A stretch of 64,000 bases of DNA from Octopus sinensis (lineage: Eukaryota). The stretch is from contig NC_043015.1 of assembly GCF_006345805.1 (NCBI RefSeq), forward strand, positions 50,902,001 to 50,966,000. The letters are read 5' to 3'. The notes under the pieces were generated by a model. That model worked only from the letters and a program-made list of their open reading frames with translations. It was not told the origin of the DNA and made no database searches. Shown here piece after piece: positions 13,147-25,118 of the stretch (position 1 is the stretch's first letter; each line of letters begins with the position of its first letter). The position numbers and the translations under genes were made by a program.

Positions 13147-13185
<39 letters not shown>

Positions 13186-13967
13186 ACGTATATATGTATG
13201 TATATATATATATATATGTGTATGTGTGTGTGTATGTTTGTGTGTCTATATTTGTCCCCCACCCAACATTGCTTGACAACTGATGTTGGTGTGTTTATGT
13301 CCCTGTAACTTAGCGGTTCAGGAAAAGACACTGATAGAATAAGTACTAGGCTTACAAAGAATCAGTCCTGGGGTCGATTTGCTCAACTGAAGGCGGTGCT
13401 CCAGCATGGCCACAGTCCTGTTGCCAACACTAAACTGTCTCCAAGCATGATAATATGATATTTTGTTTTTGGAAGATTGGAAATGAGCATCATTTGCTTG
13501 TAATGGCTGTCATACTCATTTACAACCACCATATGACAACAAGACAGCAAACACACACACACACAAAAACAAGTACACACATTCTCACACAAACACACAC
13601 ACACGTTCACACATAATAACGTTTACACACTCACACACACACACACACACAAACACATTCACATGCACAAACAAGTACACATGCTAATAAACTCACAGAC
13701 ACAGACACACAAGTACACTCATACTCAAACACACTCACACAAACATACACACACACATGATGGGATTCCACACAGTTTCCATCTACCAAATTAACTCACA
13801 AGGCATTGGTTAGCTCGTCCAGGGTGCCACACTATGGGACCAAACCCAAAACCTCATGGTTACCAATTAAGAATCCTCACCTCACAACCATGCCTGCACC
13901 TCTTTATTATAATTCGTAAAATTTCTACAAGAACTTCCGTATTTTTCCCTTAATGTTTTTCTCATAC
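9910..13967 (+). other. U12-type (minor spliceosome) AT-AC intron of zeta-tubulin, 4058 nt
   Basis: 5' ATATCCTTTT, branch TTCCCTTAAT at 13945-13954, 3' TAC at 13965-13967. Joins ...DKKF|KSVSNILVGRG in frame. Confidence 0.88.
10276..10698 (+). mobile_element. family A SINE, full length, inside the U12 intron
   Basis: Same head, CORE and tail as 8091-8512. Confidence 0.85.
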
Positions 13968-14109
13968 AAATCTGTTTCAAATATTTTGGTTGGTCGAGGT
14001 GAGAACCAATCATATGACTTCATACGAGCCATACAGAAACGACAACAACAGATTGAAAATAACCTGAATTGTGTTTCATGGAATCCGTGTCCAGTCGACT
14101 ATTGGTCAG
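13968..14109 (+). CDS. TUBZ: zeta-tubulin coding exon
   Basis: catAC|AAA...TCA-G|GTaaga. KSVSNILVGRGENQSYDFIRAIQKRQQQIENNLNCVSWNPCPVDYWS, with the conserved 'RG' and 'V.WNP.PV' motifs. 142 nt. Confidence 0.9.
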
Positions 14110-16817
14110 GTAAGATTGTATCAACAAATATCAACGTATTTACTCTTTCTCTCTTTTATTCTCTTTTACTTGTTTCAGTCATTTGACTGTGGCCATGCTG
14201 GAGCACTGCCTTTAGTTAAGCACATCGACCCCAGGAGTTATTCTTTGTAAGCTTAGTACTTATTCTATCGGTCTCTAAGTTATGGGGATGTAAACACACC
14301 AGCATCGGTTGTCAAGCGATGTTGTGGGGACAAACACAGACACACAAACACACATACACACACACACACACATATACATACATACGACGGGCTTCTTTCA
14401 GTTTCTGTCTCTCAAATCCACTCACAAGGCTTTAGTTGGCCTGAGGCTATTGTAGAAGACACTTGCCTAAGGTGCCACACAGTGAGACTGAACCTGGAAC
14501 CATGTAGTTTGTAAGCAAGCAACTTACTACACAGCCACTCCTTTGTTCATTGTTGTTGTTGTTGTTGTACTTCCTCTTCTTCTCTAACTCTTTTGTTATC
14601 AACCCATCTGAGACTGCCATAGGTTCTATGATACAATCCTCCTGTTTTAAAAGGATCATGATTAAAACCTTCTATCAAAATTTCTTGTTGATTTATGTTA
14701 ATTTATGCTCCTAGCACCAGCTTAATAATAAAATTATGTTATAAAACACTTCATAATTTTAAAAGTCATTTGAAAGGAAATTATATAAATTACACATATT
14801 ACAAATAAGATATACTAGACTACCTGTGACCTGTTGGGTCACCGGGAAAGTTTGAGTTTCTCAGCAATGGAGTTTCGTTTCGTGGGTTTTTTCTTTCCCA
14901 GGTTATTTCGCATGCTTTCAACGAATGTGACATCAAAATCACACGTAAACGGCTCCTTTCCCCAGAAAGCGAAAGATTTGGCTGCTATTTCTTGCATGCC
15001 CTGCTGCTACGTAGCAAGTATTTCAGTTCCTTTATCACAAATAGCTGTTACATGGTAGCAGGGTCTGCTAGAAACAGCAGCGAAATCTTTGGAGGTGAGA
15101 TGTGTGAATGCACTCGAAAAAAACCTATGGAAAAAAATTGTTTCACACTGAGGTTACAAGTGGGTCTTTTACAAAATATTTACCATATTTTAAAAATCAT
15201 TTTCACTTAAAAATATTTTAAAAATATGCCAGAAAAAATATTTGTAATGGTATACACTTGAAAATAATTAAAAAAAACATTAAAACGTTGTCTGTTTAAC
15301 GAAAGCTAAAATATAAATACTTACTGTACAAACAACACATTCACTTAAAATATTTCTAAACGATTAAAATATTGTGCTTAATAAAAGCAAAAATAGAAAC
15401 ATTTACTGTAAAAAACAAATCATATTTTTTTGTTGTCAAGTCACTGTGTCTAATCAAAAGGTAAGAGCTTCTAGCCTTTCATGATTAAGTTACTTTCAGA
15501 ATACTTTCCCATTATGCACCGTTTTGAGTATTTATACCCCAAAAATCCCTCAAAAACCATTTGTCTGATATACGTGTAACTTGTTTTATTCTGTTCGTAT
15601 TAACATTTCAGGGACAACTTAATTCATCGTATTTTCCCATTATGCGCCAGTTTGGCTGGGTAACATTGCAAGCAAGAAAGCAAGATTCAAGCTGACTTTT
15701 AATGTATTATAGATCTCCAGTATTGTCGGTATACCTTGTATTTAAAAATATCTGCAGTCAGTCTTCACAACTATGACTTTGCCTTTGGTATTTCTTGATA
15801 AGCTTTCTCCATTCTGGTTGGTTTTCACTTCGGTTTGCCATTTATTATCACAAATTCCTTTCCACTTCATATTCCTTTTTGCAGTTTCTTTGAGTCTCAG
15901 TCTAGGTCTTTCCTGGTTTCTTTTCCCCTTGCATTGTTGGGAGTAACGGATTTATTTGAACGAGTTTGTTGTTGTCCATCCTGTGTTCATGGCCCAACCA
16001 ATGTAAATTCCTATCCTCTGACATGAGTTCCCCTCCACAAATGCTCCTGCCCCTCTCATAATTCCTTGTCTTATGAGTTACCTTGGTGACCCTGCCAGTG
16101 CTGGTGCCACGTAAAAAGAATCCAGTCCACCTTGTAAAGTGGATGGTATTTGGAAGGGCATCCAGCTGTAATAACCGTGTCAGAGATGTGCAACCAAGCG
16201 AATACCCTCCATCAGGCATCTACTATACTCTGAACACCTTGCTTCCCTGGGCATAGATACACTAAAGTTCTGATGTCTGGCAACTGATTTAGTGAACCCC
16301 TGCAAACAGCACAGCTCCCATGACTTTCAGAAACATTTTTTCACACTCAGAATTACTGAAGCATGGAACAAATTTCCTGCATCAATTGTTGGTTGCCAAA
16401 ACATTGCATCCTTTAAAACCTCAATGCTTCCTAAAATTCGCCAACACTACACCTGATATCTTCACTCCATACGCATGCACACATGTATATCATAACTCAT
16501 ACACTATTCACTTTCTTGACTTTTGTACATAATTCTATGTACTGTACATACACCTTTAACGAGCTGTAGTGCACCTGAGCACTATACAAAATAGTTTCAT
16601 TATTATTATTTAAAACTAATCTCACCTGTGCTAGTACCATGTAAAAAGCACTGAGTCCTCTCTGCAGAGTGGTTGGTGTTAGGAAGGGCATCCAGCCATA
16701 AAACCCCTGCATGGGATTGTTTTTTACCTGGCCAACTCCTGTGAACTGTCCTACCCATGCATAGCATGCATGGAAGCCGTTAAACAATGATGATGATGAT
16801 GAAGGGTTTCCATCATA

Positions 16818-17236
16818 GGCGCAGGAGTGGCTGTTTGGTAAGTAGCTTGCTAACCAACCACATGGTTCCGGGTTCAGTCCCACTGCGTGGCATCTTGGGC
16901 AAGTGTCTTCTGCTATAGCCCCGGGCCAACCAATGCCTTGTGAGTGGATTTGGTAGACGGAAACTGAAAGAAGCCTGTCGTATATATGTATATATATATA
17001 AGTGTGTGTGAATATGTTTGTGTGTCTGTGTTTGTTCCCCTAGCATTGCTTGACAACCGATGCTGGTGTGTTTACGTCCCCGTCACTTAGCAGTTCGGCA
17101 AAAGAGACCGATAGAATAAGTACTGGGCTTACAAAGAATAAGTCCCGGGGTCGATTTGCTCGACTAAAGGCGGTGCTCCAGCATGGCCGCAGTCAAATGA
17201 CTGAAACAAGTAAAAAGAGTAAAAAAAAAGAGTAAT
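16818..17236 (+). mobile_element. family A SINE, full length
   Basis: Same structure. Further copies at about 1828-1985, 2825-3455 (-), 14160-14540 (-), 20704-21106, 23588-23936, 24325-24680 (-), 25525-25865, 34842-35232, 46555-46952 and 53171-53570. Confidence 0.85.
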
Positions 17237-17338
17237 AGGAGATAGGCCAGCATGCCATAGAATCTCTTCATCATCAATGTAACTTGAAAATCTAAAAGAA
17301 ATAATTAAAAATCCCTGTGTACCTTTCTTGCTTTATAG

Positions 17339-17496
17339 CTGATCACTGTCTTCCTGGTGAGAAAGTTTCTTCTCTGACGCTGGCATCCAACACTGGCTAC
17401 GTAACTGACTTTCTGGAGAGAACTTTATACAAAGCTAAAAGAATGCATGAAAATAAGGCATATTTACATTGGTACTGGAAGCATGGAGCTTCACAG
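17339..17496 (+). CDS. TUBZ: zeta-tubulin coding exon
   Basis: ctttatAG|CT...TCACAG|GTaaaa. (A)DHCLPGEKVSSLTLASNTGYVTDFLERTLYKAKRMHENKAYLHWYWKHGASQ, with the tubulin C-terminal 'AYLHWY' motif. 158 nt. Confidence 0.93.
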
Positions 17497-18412
17497 GTAA
17501 AAGAAATGATTTATTTGGAAAGTCCATTATAAACAATTGAGGCAATATTTAATTAAAACAGCCATCTATGTATCACACTAAATGCATATACACAGTCTAT
17601 AGGCCAGTTACTTCACTATTTGTCCAGAGATAACATCTATTATGGATGTGCTGTGTTAAAAATACAATAAGTATCAGAGAGAGATGGAAATTTGTCTCAG
17701 CAGCGGCCAGTGAGAGCATCAGATGCATTTCAGCGTTTTTGCGCCTCTTCAATACATGTACTCACAACCAGATTATCATCTCCATTTCATCATCTCTATT
17801 TTCATGTTTCTCTGATATTTATTGTGTTTTTAACACAGCAAGTCCCTAAGAGATGCTACCTCAAAGCAAATGCTGCAGCAGCTTATCTCTCTCAACAATG
17901 TATATACATTAAGTATGATACATAGATGGCTGTTTTGATGTATTTGGGTTTGGTTGTTTCTGCTGAATTTACTTTTTACATTGTTAATTGCAAGCTTAAT
18001 GAATCTTTATTTACTTACTTTTTGTTATTTCTTAGTACACTGGAGATCTGATGAAAATATTCCAGGCATACATCAAGAAATTACTGGCCAATGTGTAAAT
18101 TTAAGGGAAAAAAATTGTTTGAGTTAAATATCCTCCTCCACCTCCTTCTCCCCTCCTCCCTCTTATTCCTCCTCCTCCTCCTTCCTTCTTCCCTCCTCCC
18201 TCTTCTTCTTCCTCTCCTCCTTCTCCCCCCTTCTTCTTCCTCTTCCTCCTTCTTCTCCCCTCCCCTTCTTCTTCCTCTTCCTCCTCCTTCTCCCCTCCCC
18301 TTCTTCCTCCTCTTCCTCCTCCTTATCTCTCCTCCTCCCCTCCCCTTCTTCTTCTTCTTCGTCTTCTTCTTCTTCCTCCTCCTTCTTCTCCCCTCTCTTC
18401 TTCTTCTTCTTC

Positions 18413-18447
<35 letters not shown>

Positions 18448-18456
18448 TGATAGATA

Positions 18457-19482
18457 TCTTTATTTATTAGCCATGCAGGGCCAAACACAGGGGACAATAC
18501 AATGTAGAACTTTTTGAAAGAAAGAATAAAAAACGATCAAAAGGGATCGAAAGTGTTTGGGACATGTAAACAGCAAAATAAGGCTGAGTAATAATGTAAA
18601 ACAGATTATGTTTATCTGTTGAAAGAAAAGCCTACGGGAAAGACCATGATAACCTCAGGTAAGGAAAGAAATACATGACAGCAAAGCACTCTCTCTCTCT
18701 CTTTCTTTTGGATTTACAGGATCATGCTTAAAGTGGTTTTGTCATTCACGCGTACCATCTTTGCTACATTCACCAACCTTTTATTGAAACTTTCACGGGA
18801 CAAAACTTGCCTCTCTATTCTCACCTTCCTTTCCAAGTGGTGCTTGAAAAAGTTGATGAGCGATTGGCCAGAGAGGAAAGTGTTTGTCTCTAAACCTTTC
18901 ACACGAGTCCTCCACACACATTCTTTCACCGTAGCCACCAGTACTGCCTTGCCTTCCTGGTTAAAGGAAGGTGGCGGGGAAATATTCACAATAGACTCAG
19001 CCGGTAACCGAATTCGTCGTACACATGACAGCAGTTGTTTGACATAAGCCCACAGGTCTGAAATGGTTGGGCATTGTACGAGTGTGTGCAGAATGGTTTC
19101 GTTGCTCTGACCACATCCCAGGCAAGTCGGTCTGGTGAATCTCGAACTGTGCCTGTAGATTTTATCCTGAACAGACAATGCTTCCTGATAGCACTGCCAG
19201 GCTAGGGATCTCTGGTGATTGTCCATAGGTCCCAGCCCAAAAGTTGTCCTGAAGAGGCGGGTCAAGTGTTCCCTGTCGTCGCCCAGATTCTCCCAAAGAA
19301 CATCGTCGCATCTCCTCTGCATTAATCCTCTATAGAATGCCTTTGTGGAATTGAAGTTGCACAAGTTTGGTCCCAGCTGGCAGAGTTGCTTAAGAGCAAG
19401 GCGGCACTCACAGTGTCATTTGCCTAGCCTTGTTCTCTTTTTGATCCATGACTGCTGTTCGTCTCTGATCCACGAGTGAGGT
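18457..19482 (-). mobile_element. Tx1/L1-clade LINE, 5'-truncated, inserted in a (GATA)n array
   Basis: ORF2 C-terminus with zinc knuckle CLGCGQSNETILHTLVQC (stop at 18714), 3'UTR with AATAAA, and (GATA)n on both sides. Confidence 0.82.
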
Positions 19483-19498
19483 AGATAGATAGCTAGCT

Positions 19499-19574
<76 letters not shown>

Positions 19575-20040
19575 GAGTGATGCACTAGTACTCAGGTGGT
19601 GCCCATTTACAACTGAGTAAACTGGAACAACATGAAATAAAGTATCAAGAACATAACACACTGCTCGATCCATAAGAATCCATTCCTTATGATCGTGAAT
19701 AGAACCTACCCCTCCCTCCAATCACTAGGACACACACCTATCCGAAAGGATTAGATATTCTCTTTCTTATTTTGCTACAAGGCCTTAAATTTAGGGAGAG
19801 GGTCTAATCGATTGACATAGACCTCAGGGCTCAACGGATACTTTATTTTATCGACCTAGAAAAAATGAAAGGCAAAGTCGAGCTCAGAGAAATTTGAACC
19901 CAGAACGTAAAGACGGCCGTGTGTCTATTGTCCTGCAAGTTAACTGTTTGGTTTCTCCTTTCTTTATTAAAAACAAAAATCAAATTTGATTCTATTTACT
20001 CATTTCGTATTTTCTTTTTCTTTTCTTTTTGTTTCTTCAG

Positions 20041-20115
20041 AATGATTTTGAGAATGCGTTTGAGACGGTACAAAGGATCATTGACAATTACGAAGCAGTT
20101 GCTACATCATCATGA
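20041..20115 (+). CDS. TUBZ: zeta-tubulin last coding exon
   Basis: Long pyrimidine tract ttcttcAG|. NDFENAFETVQRIIDNYEAVATSS* corresponds to tubulin helix H12. Possible polyA signal ATTAAA at 20255-20260. Confidence 0.9.
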   Translation, partial: NDFENAFETVQRIIDNYEAVATSS

Positions 20116-21341
20116 AGCACAGGAATTATCTCCCTTCGAAACAATTGCCTCCCTTTAAAGATGTCTCTGGATATAATTTTCTTTCCATTTTCATATCTCT
20201 ACCATTGTCATCATTTATTACATAAATGTTTTATTCAATATCATCTCGAATTTCATTAAAAGTTAACTTGTACTAACAAAAAGCCTGAACTATTTTTATT
20301 GAATTTATTCAGTACTCTGTTGTGTCTGGGGAGAGTCATTCTCCTTTAGTACCTTATTATTTAACACACTCAGTAGTCTATTGAAAAGGTTGCTAGACGC
20401 AACGAAAATTTTAGGAAAATAAAAAGACGAAATAAGTGGAAATTTTAAATAATAAGGTACTAAAAGAGAATGACTCTCCCCAAACACAACAGAACATGCT
20501 TCAACACAGGAACTCATATAAAGAATCTTGCAGACCAACGAAAAATTATTCAGTATTATTTCTTTTTTAATATTACATATATTACATATATTGCTGCTTC
20601 GATGACCCAGTAGGCATGGGCGCTGAAAAGTAGTGATGTAACACACAGGTGGTGGCTTCAAGTCTCTTCCAGGAATTACAAGAGATCTTGTTAAAAAATT
20701 TAAGGCGCAGGAGTGGCTATGTGGTAAGTAGCTTGCTTTCCAACTACATGGTTCTGGGTTCGTTCCCACTGCGTGGCACCTTGGACAAGTGTCTTCTATT
20801 ATAGCCTCGGGCCGACCAAAGCCTTGTGAATGGATTTGGTAGACGGAAACTGAAAGAAGCCCGTCGTATATATGTATGTATATATGTATGTGTGTGTATA
20901 TGTTTGTGTGTCTGTGTTTGTCCCCCCGCCCAACATCGCTTCACAACCGATGCTGGTGTGTTTACGTCCCTGTAATTAGCGGCTCGGCAAAAGAGACCGA
21001 TAGAATAAGTACTAGACTTACAAAGAATAAGTCCTGGGGTCGATTTGCTCGACTAAGGGCGGTGCTCTAGCATGGCCGCAGTCAAATGACTGAAACAAGT
21101 AAAGAGTATATAAATATATATATATATATATATAAATGTGACCGCGTGTGTACCGTTGGCGATTTTTTCCCTCTGTCTTCTCTTCTCTGGATCTTTCCTT
21201 TTCCTATGTTTCCGACGAAGAGCTCCGCTCAAAACGTAAAAGCCTCCTTATTCCCTTCCTTCCCGAGCGTCCAATAATACTATATTTATTCCATGTCCTC
21301 GCGTTTTCTCTTTGTGTTTTCATGTTTGGATTAACTTTATA

Positions 21342-21391
<50 letters not shown>

Positions 21392-21559
21392 ATATATACA
21401 CACACACATATATAAATGTTGGATTTATGGCCCTGTTGTATCATCAGATCGAAGTACAGCTGTAGTTTTCACTGTGTTTACCTAAGATCAGATTATTGTT
21501 TCCCCCAATCACTGCAATTTCCTTTTCTAATATAAATTGTTTGAAATTATGTTTTTTAA

Positions 21560-22145
21560 ACTACTGCTTTCAATTATGGTCACCCTGCACTGTAGGATAA
21601 ATAGTAGAGCTTGAAGCTGTTCAGAGATACTTCACGAGGAAGATTGCATCAATGGAATATCTGAGCTACTGGGAGAGACCGAAAGAGCTACGACTGTGCT
21701 TCTTGGAGCGAGAGGTACGCAGTGATATATGTATGGAAGATACTGGAAGGGCTGGCACCAAACTTTAGAATTGAGAGTTATACCAGACCTCGAAATGGAC
21801 GTCACTGCACTGTTCCAAAAGTCCCAGCTGTCTCATCTAGGGCGAGGACAATGTACTGCAATAGCTTGGGATTCAAGGGCCCACAGCTATTTAACTCCTT
21901 GCCAAAACATCTGAAGGACCTCCATGGAGTGGGAGTAGAGGTTTTCAAGATACAACTTGACCTCTTACCATCCAAGATCCCAGATGAACCAATATCAAGG
22001 CAGGAAACACAAAAGAGGGCAGCGATATCGAACTCCCTCCTTCGCCAGAAGCCAAATCCATAGAATCGGCCAATTAAAAGATGATTATAATGGCGGTACC
22101 CCAGCATACCCACAGCCTCAAGGCTGAAACATAAAAGAATAATAA
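21560..22145 (+). mobile_element. CR1/L2-group LINE 3' fragment
   Basis: LEAVQRYFTRKI...IYVWKILEGLAPN...KGPQLFNSLPKHLKDL...FKIQLD...IPDEP, with frameshifts and a 3' tail. Confidence 0.8.
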
Positions 22146-22544
22146 ACTGCATTTTCTTTCCTATTACAAATAGATTTTGATCTTGAGTTGTTGCCCTTGC
22201 CCAGCTGATTTTTTTTTTTTTTTACATTATTCAAAATTTTCTTCTCTCTGATACAAATGTTAGCACGTCAGGCAAAATGCTTATGGACACTTATCCGCCT
22301 TTACGTTCTGAGTTCAAATTCCACCAAGGTCGACTTTGCTCTTTATCCTTTTGGAGTCGATGAAATAAATACCAGTTGAGCACTGGGGTCGATGTAACAA
22401 ACATTCCCCTCACCCCAAAATCTCAAGCGTTCCAGTTAACCCGTCTTCCACAGTAGATATATTACTTCTTACTCCATTATTCACTATATTTAATTTTGAT
22501 TCTTTTTGTCGTTGAATGACCCAACATCAGAAACCACCTGAACA

Positions 22545-22740
22545 CACTGTATTTGATGGCACACAAAACGCACTTTTTTCCAAACGTATTTTTCCAAAGA
22601 ATTGTGTTAAAAAGTCATCGTGCTCTATATGCGAAGTTGGGTCTATAATACGCGCTTCAATAAATGAAAACCATTTTTTATTCTCGAATATGTGTTGCTG
22701 AAATTGGGATTCGTCTAATATACCCGTGTAAATTCTATGT
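22545..22740. mobile_element. degenerate pogo/Tigger-like terminal region
   Basis: CACTGTATTTGATGGCACACAAAACGCACTTTTTTCC and GGATTCGTCTAATATACCCG resemble the CCGTATTT..ACGCAC / GCGTCTTATA subterminal motifs. Confidence 0.35.
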
Positions 22741-23746
22741 CTTCAAATGCAGTAGGGACGGCGGTGGTACAACGAATAAAATTTACTGCATTTTTGACTT
22801 TGAGAATAAAATACTTTTTACAAATGTTTATTACCTATAACATATTCAGTGTGGTGTTATGAGCCAGGCTGTGTTGTAGGGAAAGATCGAAAGTGAGAGA
22901 ATAGGCATGTCCTGTCGGAAGTGGGACCTGTGGATACCACTAGAAGTGCGGCGGTGGACATGCGGCATTCAAAGAAGTACGAGGCTCAGTCGGCGGCGAT
23001 GCAACGGAACGATTTCAAAAAGGTAAGAGAAAAATAGCAAAAATCAGAAATCCTACATTTTGCCCCACCTCCGAATTATACTTTTCATCCTCATGTATCG
23101 ATAATATAAAGTGTTAAATTCGTTTCAATGGCCCATACGCTTTTTCTTATAGCTTATCGGTATTCTTGTTTAGCTCACGTTAGCCTTCGTTGCACAGACA
23201 TATGACTGCACCGTCTATATATATATACACAGTATATCTACTATTTTATTATTTAAAATGCTCTTTCGTTTTACAGAGATAGTTGAGCAGGACTTGAGTG
23301 AGATTTCGTTGCTAATTTCAACAAGTCCAGTGACCATGTAAAGTCCCCCGCTTGATGGATTTTTAAGACATGAGTCTAAAATATTGTCTTGATATATACT
23401 GAATTGTCACGCATTTAATTATCTTAACTATGGAACTTTTATTAAGATATAGAATGCAGGGAATTATTTAAATGCTATTTTCTGCAGGCTGAGCGAATAC
23501 GTGCAGGCTGTATTGTTCGAGGGTTGAAGAAAGTTAATGAAACTAAGAACATTGCATAAACAAACTTTTTTTAAAATTAAACTTTGTCAGGAGTGTGGTT
23601 ATCTGGTAAGTAGCTTGCTTACAAGCCACTGGGTTCTGGGTTCAGTTCCACTACGTGGCACCTTGGGCAGGTGTCTTTTACTATAGCCTCGGGCCGACGA
23701 AAGCCTTGTGAGTGGATTTGGTAGACGGAAACTGAAAGAAGCCCGT

Positions 23747-23803
<57 letters not shown>

Positions 23804-24679
23804 TTACGTCCCCGTAACTTAGCGGTTCGGCAAAAGTGACCGCAAAGAATAAGTCCTGGGGTCGATTTGTTCGACTAAAGGCTTTGCTCCAGCATGGCCG
23901 CAGTCAAATGACCGAAACAAGTAAAAGAAAAAGAATATAGTAGATCCTTCGACATAAACATTTAGTTTTTAAGGGATGTGATTGTTTCATTCGGTAAACT
24001 TTTAGCACATATTTTTGGAAGAATTCCCATAAAGGGACAAAGATTAGAACAGAAATATAAATTCAGTTAGATATCTAAGTGTTTTCAATTTCAATTTCTA
24101 ACGTTGTAAATAGATTAAGAAGAAAAAAATATATATCTAACTACGAAGCACTAACTAGAACGGTCAGAAAATGTAAGGGAGATAATCTCTTTATGAGTTG
24201 CTTCCCTTTAAGGCAACGCATTCTAAATTCTTCAGAAAGTTATCTTTATAGTGCTAAAATATTTTCCTCCCCCTACTTATACTCCTCTCTATCCTCCTCC
24301 TGCTGCACTTCCTTTTACTCATCACCGTCCGTTTCCAATTGACTGTGGTCATGCTGGAGGACCGCCTTTAGACGAAGAAATCAACCCATGATTTATTCTT
24401 TGTAAGCCTAGTACTTATTCTATCGGCCTGTTTTGCTGAACTGCTAAGTTACAGGGATGTAAACACATCAACATCGGTGGTTAAGCAATAGTGCGGGGAC
24501 AAACACACACATACATATACAATGGGCGTCTTTCAGATTCCGTTGACCAAATCCATCAGAAGGCTTTGGTTGGCTCAAGGCTATAATAGAAGACACTTGC
24601 CCAAGGTGCCATGCAGTAGGTCTGAATCCGGAACAATGTGATTGAGAAGCAGGCTTCTTACCACACAGCTATACCTGCA

Positions 24680-24955
<276 letters not shown>

Positions 24956-25073
24956 GTACAACTCTGTGGCTTGTACGAATTACCTCCTCTTCAGACTCTC
25001 TTGTCTTTTGTTCGTTTCAGTCAATGGACTGTGGCCATGCTGGGGCACAGCCTTGAAAGGTTTTAGTCAAAGC

Positions 25074-25118
<45 letters not shown>

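Noticed and set aside
13930-13967. Conventional AG acceptor for the 13968 exon
   Set aside because: It would add 12 non-homologous residues (NFRIFPLMFFSY) and needs a phase-0 GT donor that the upstream exon lacks. The segment contains a U12 branch site instead.
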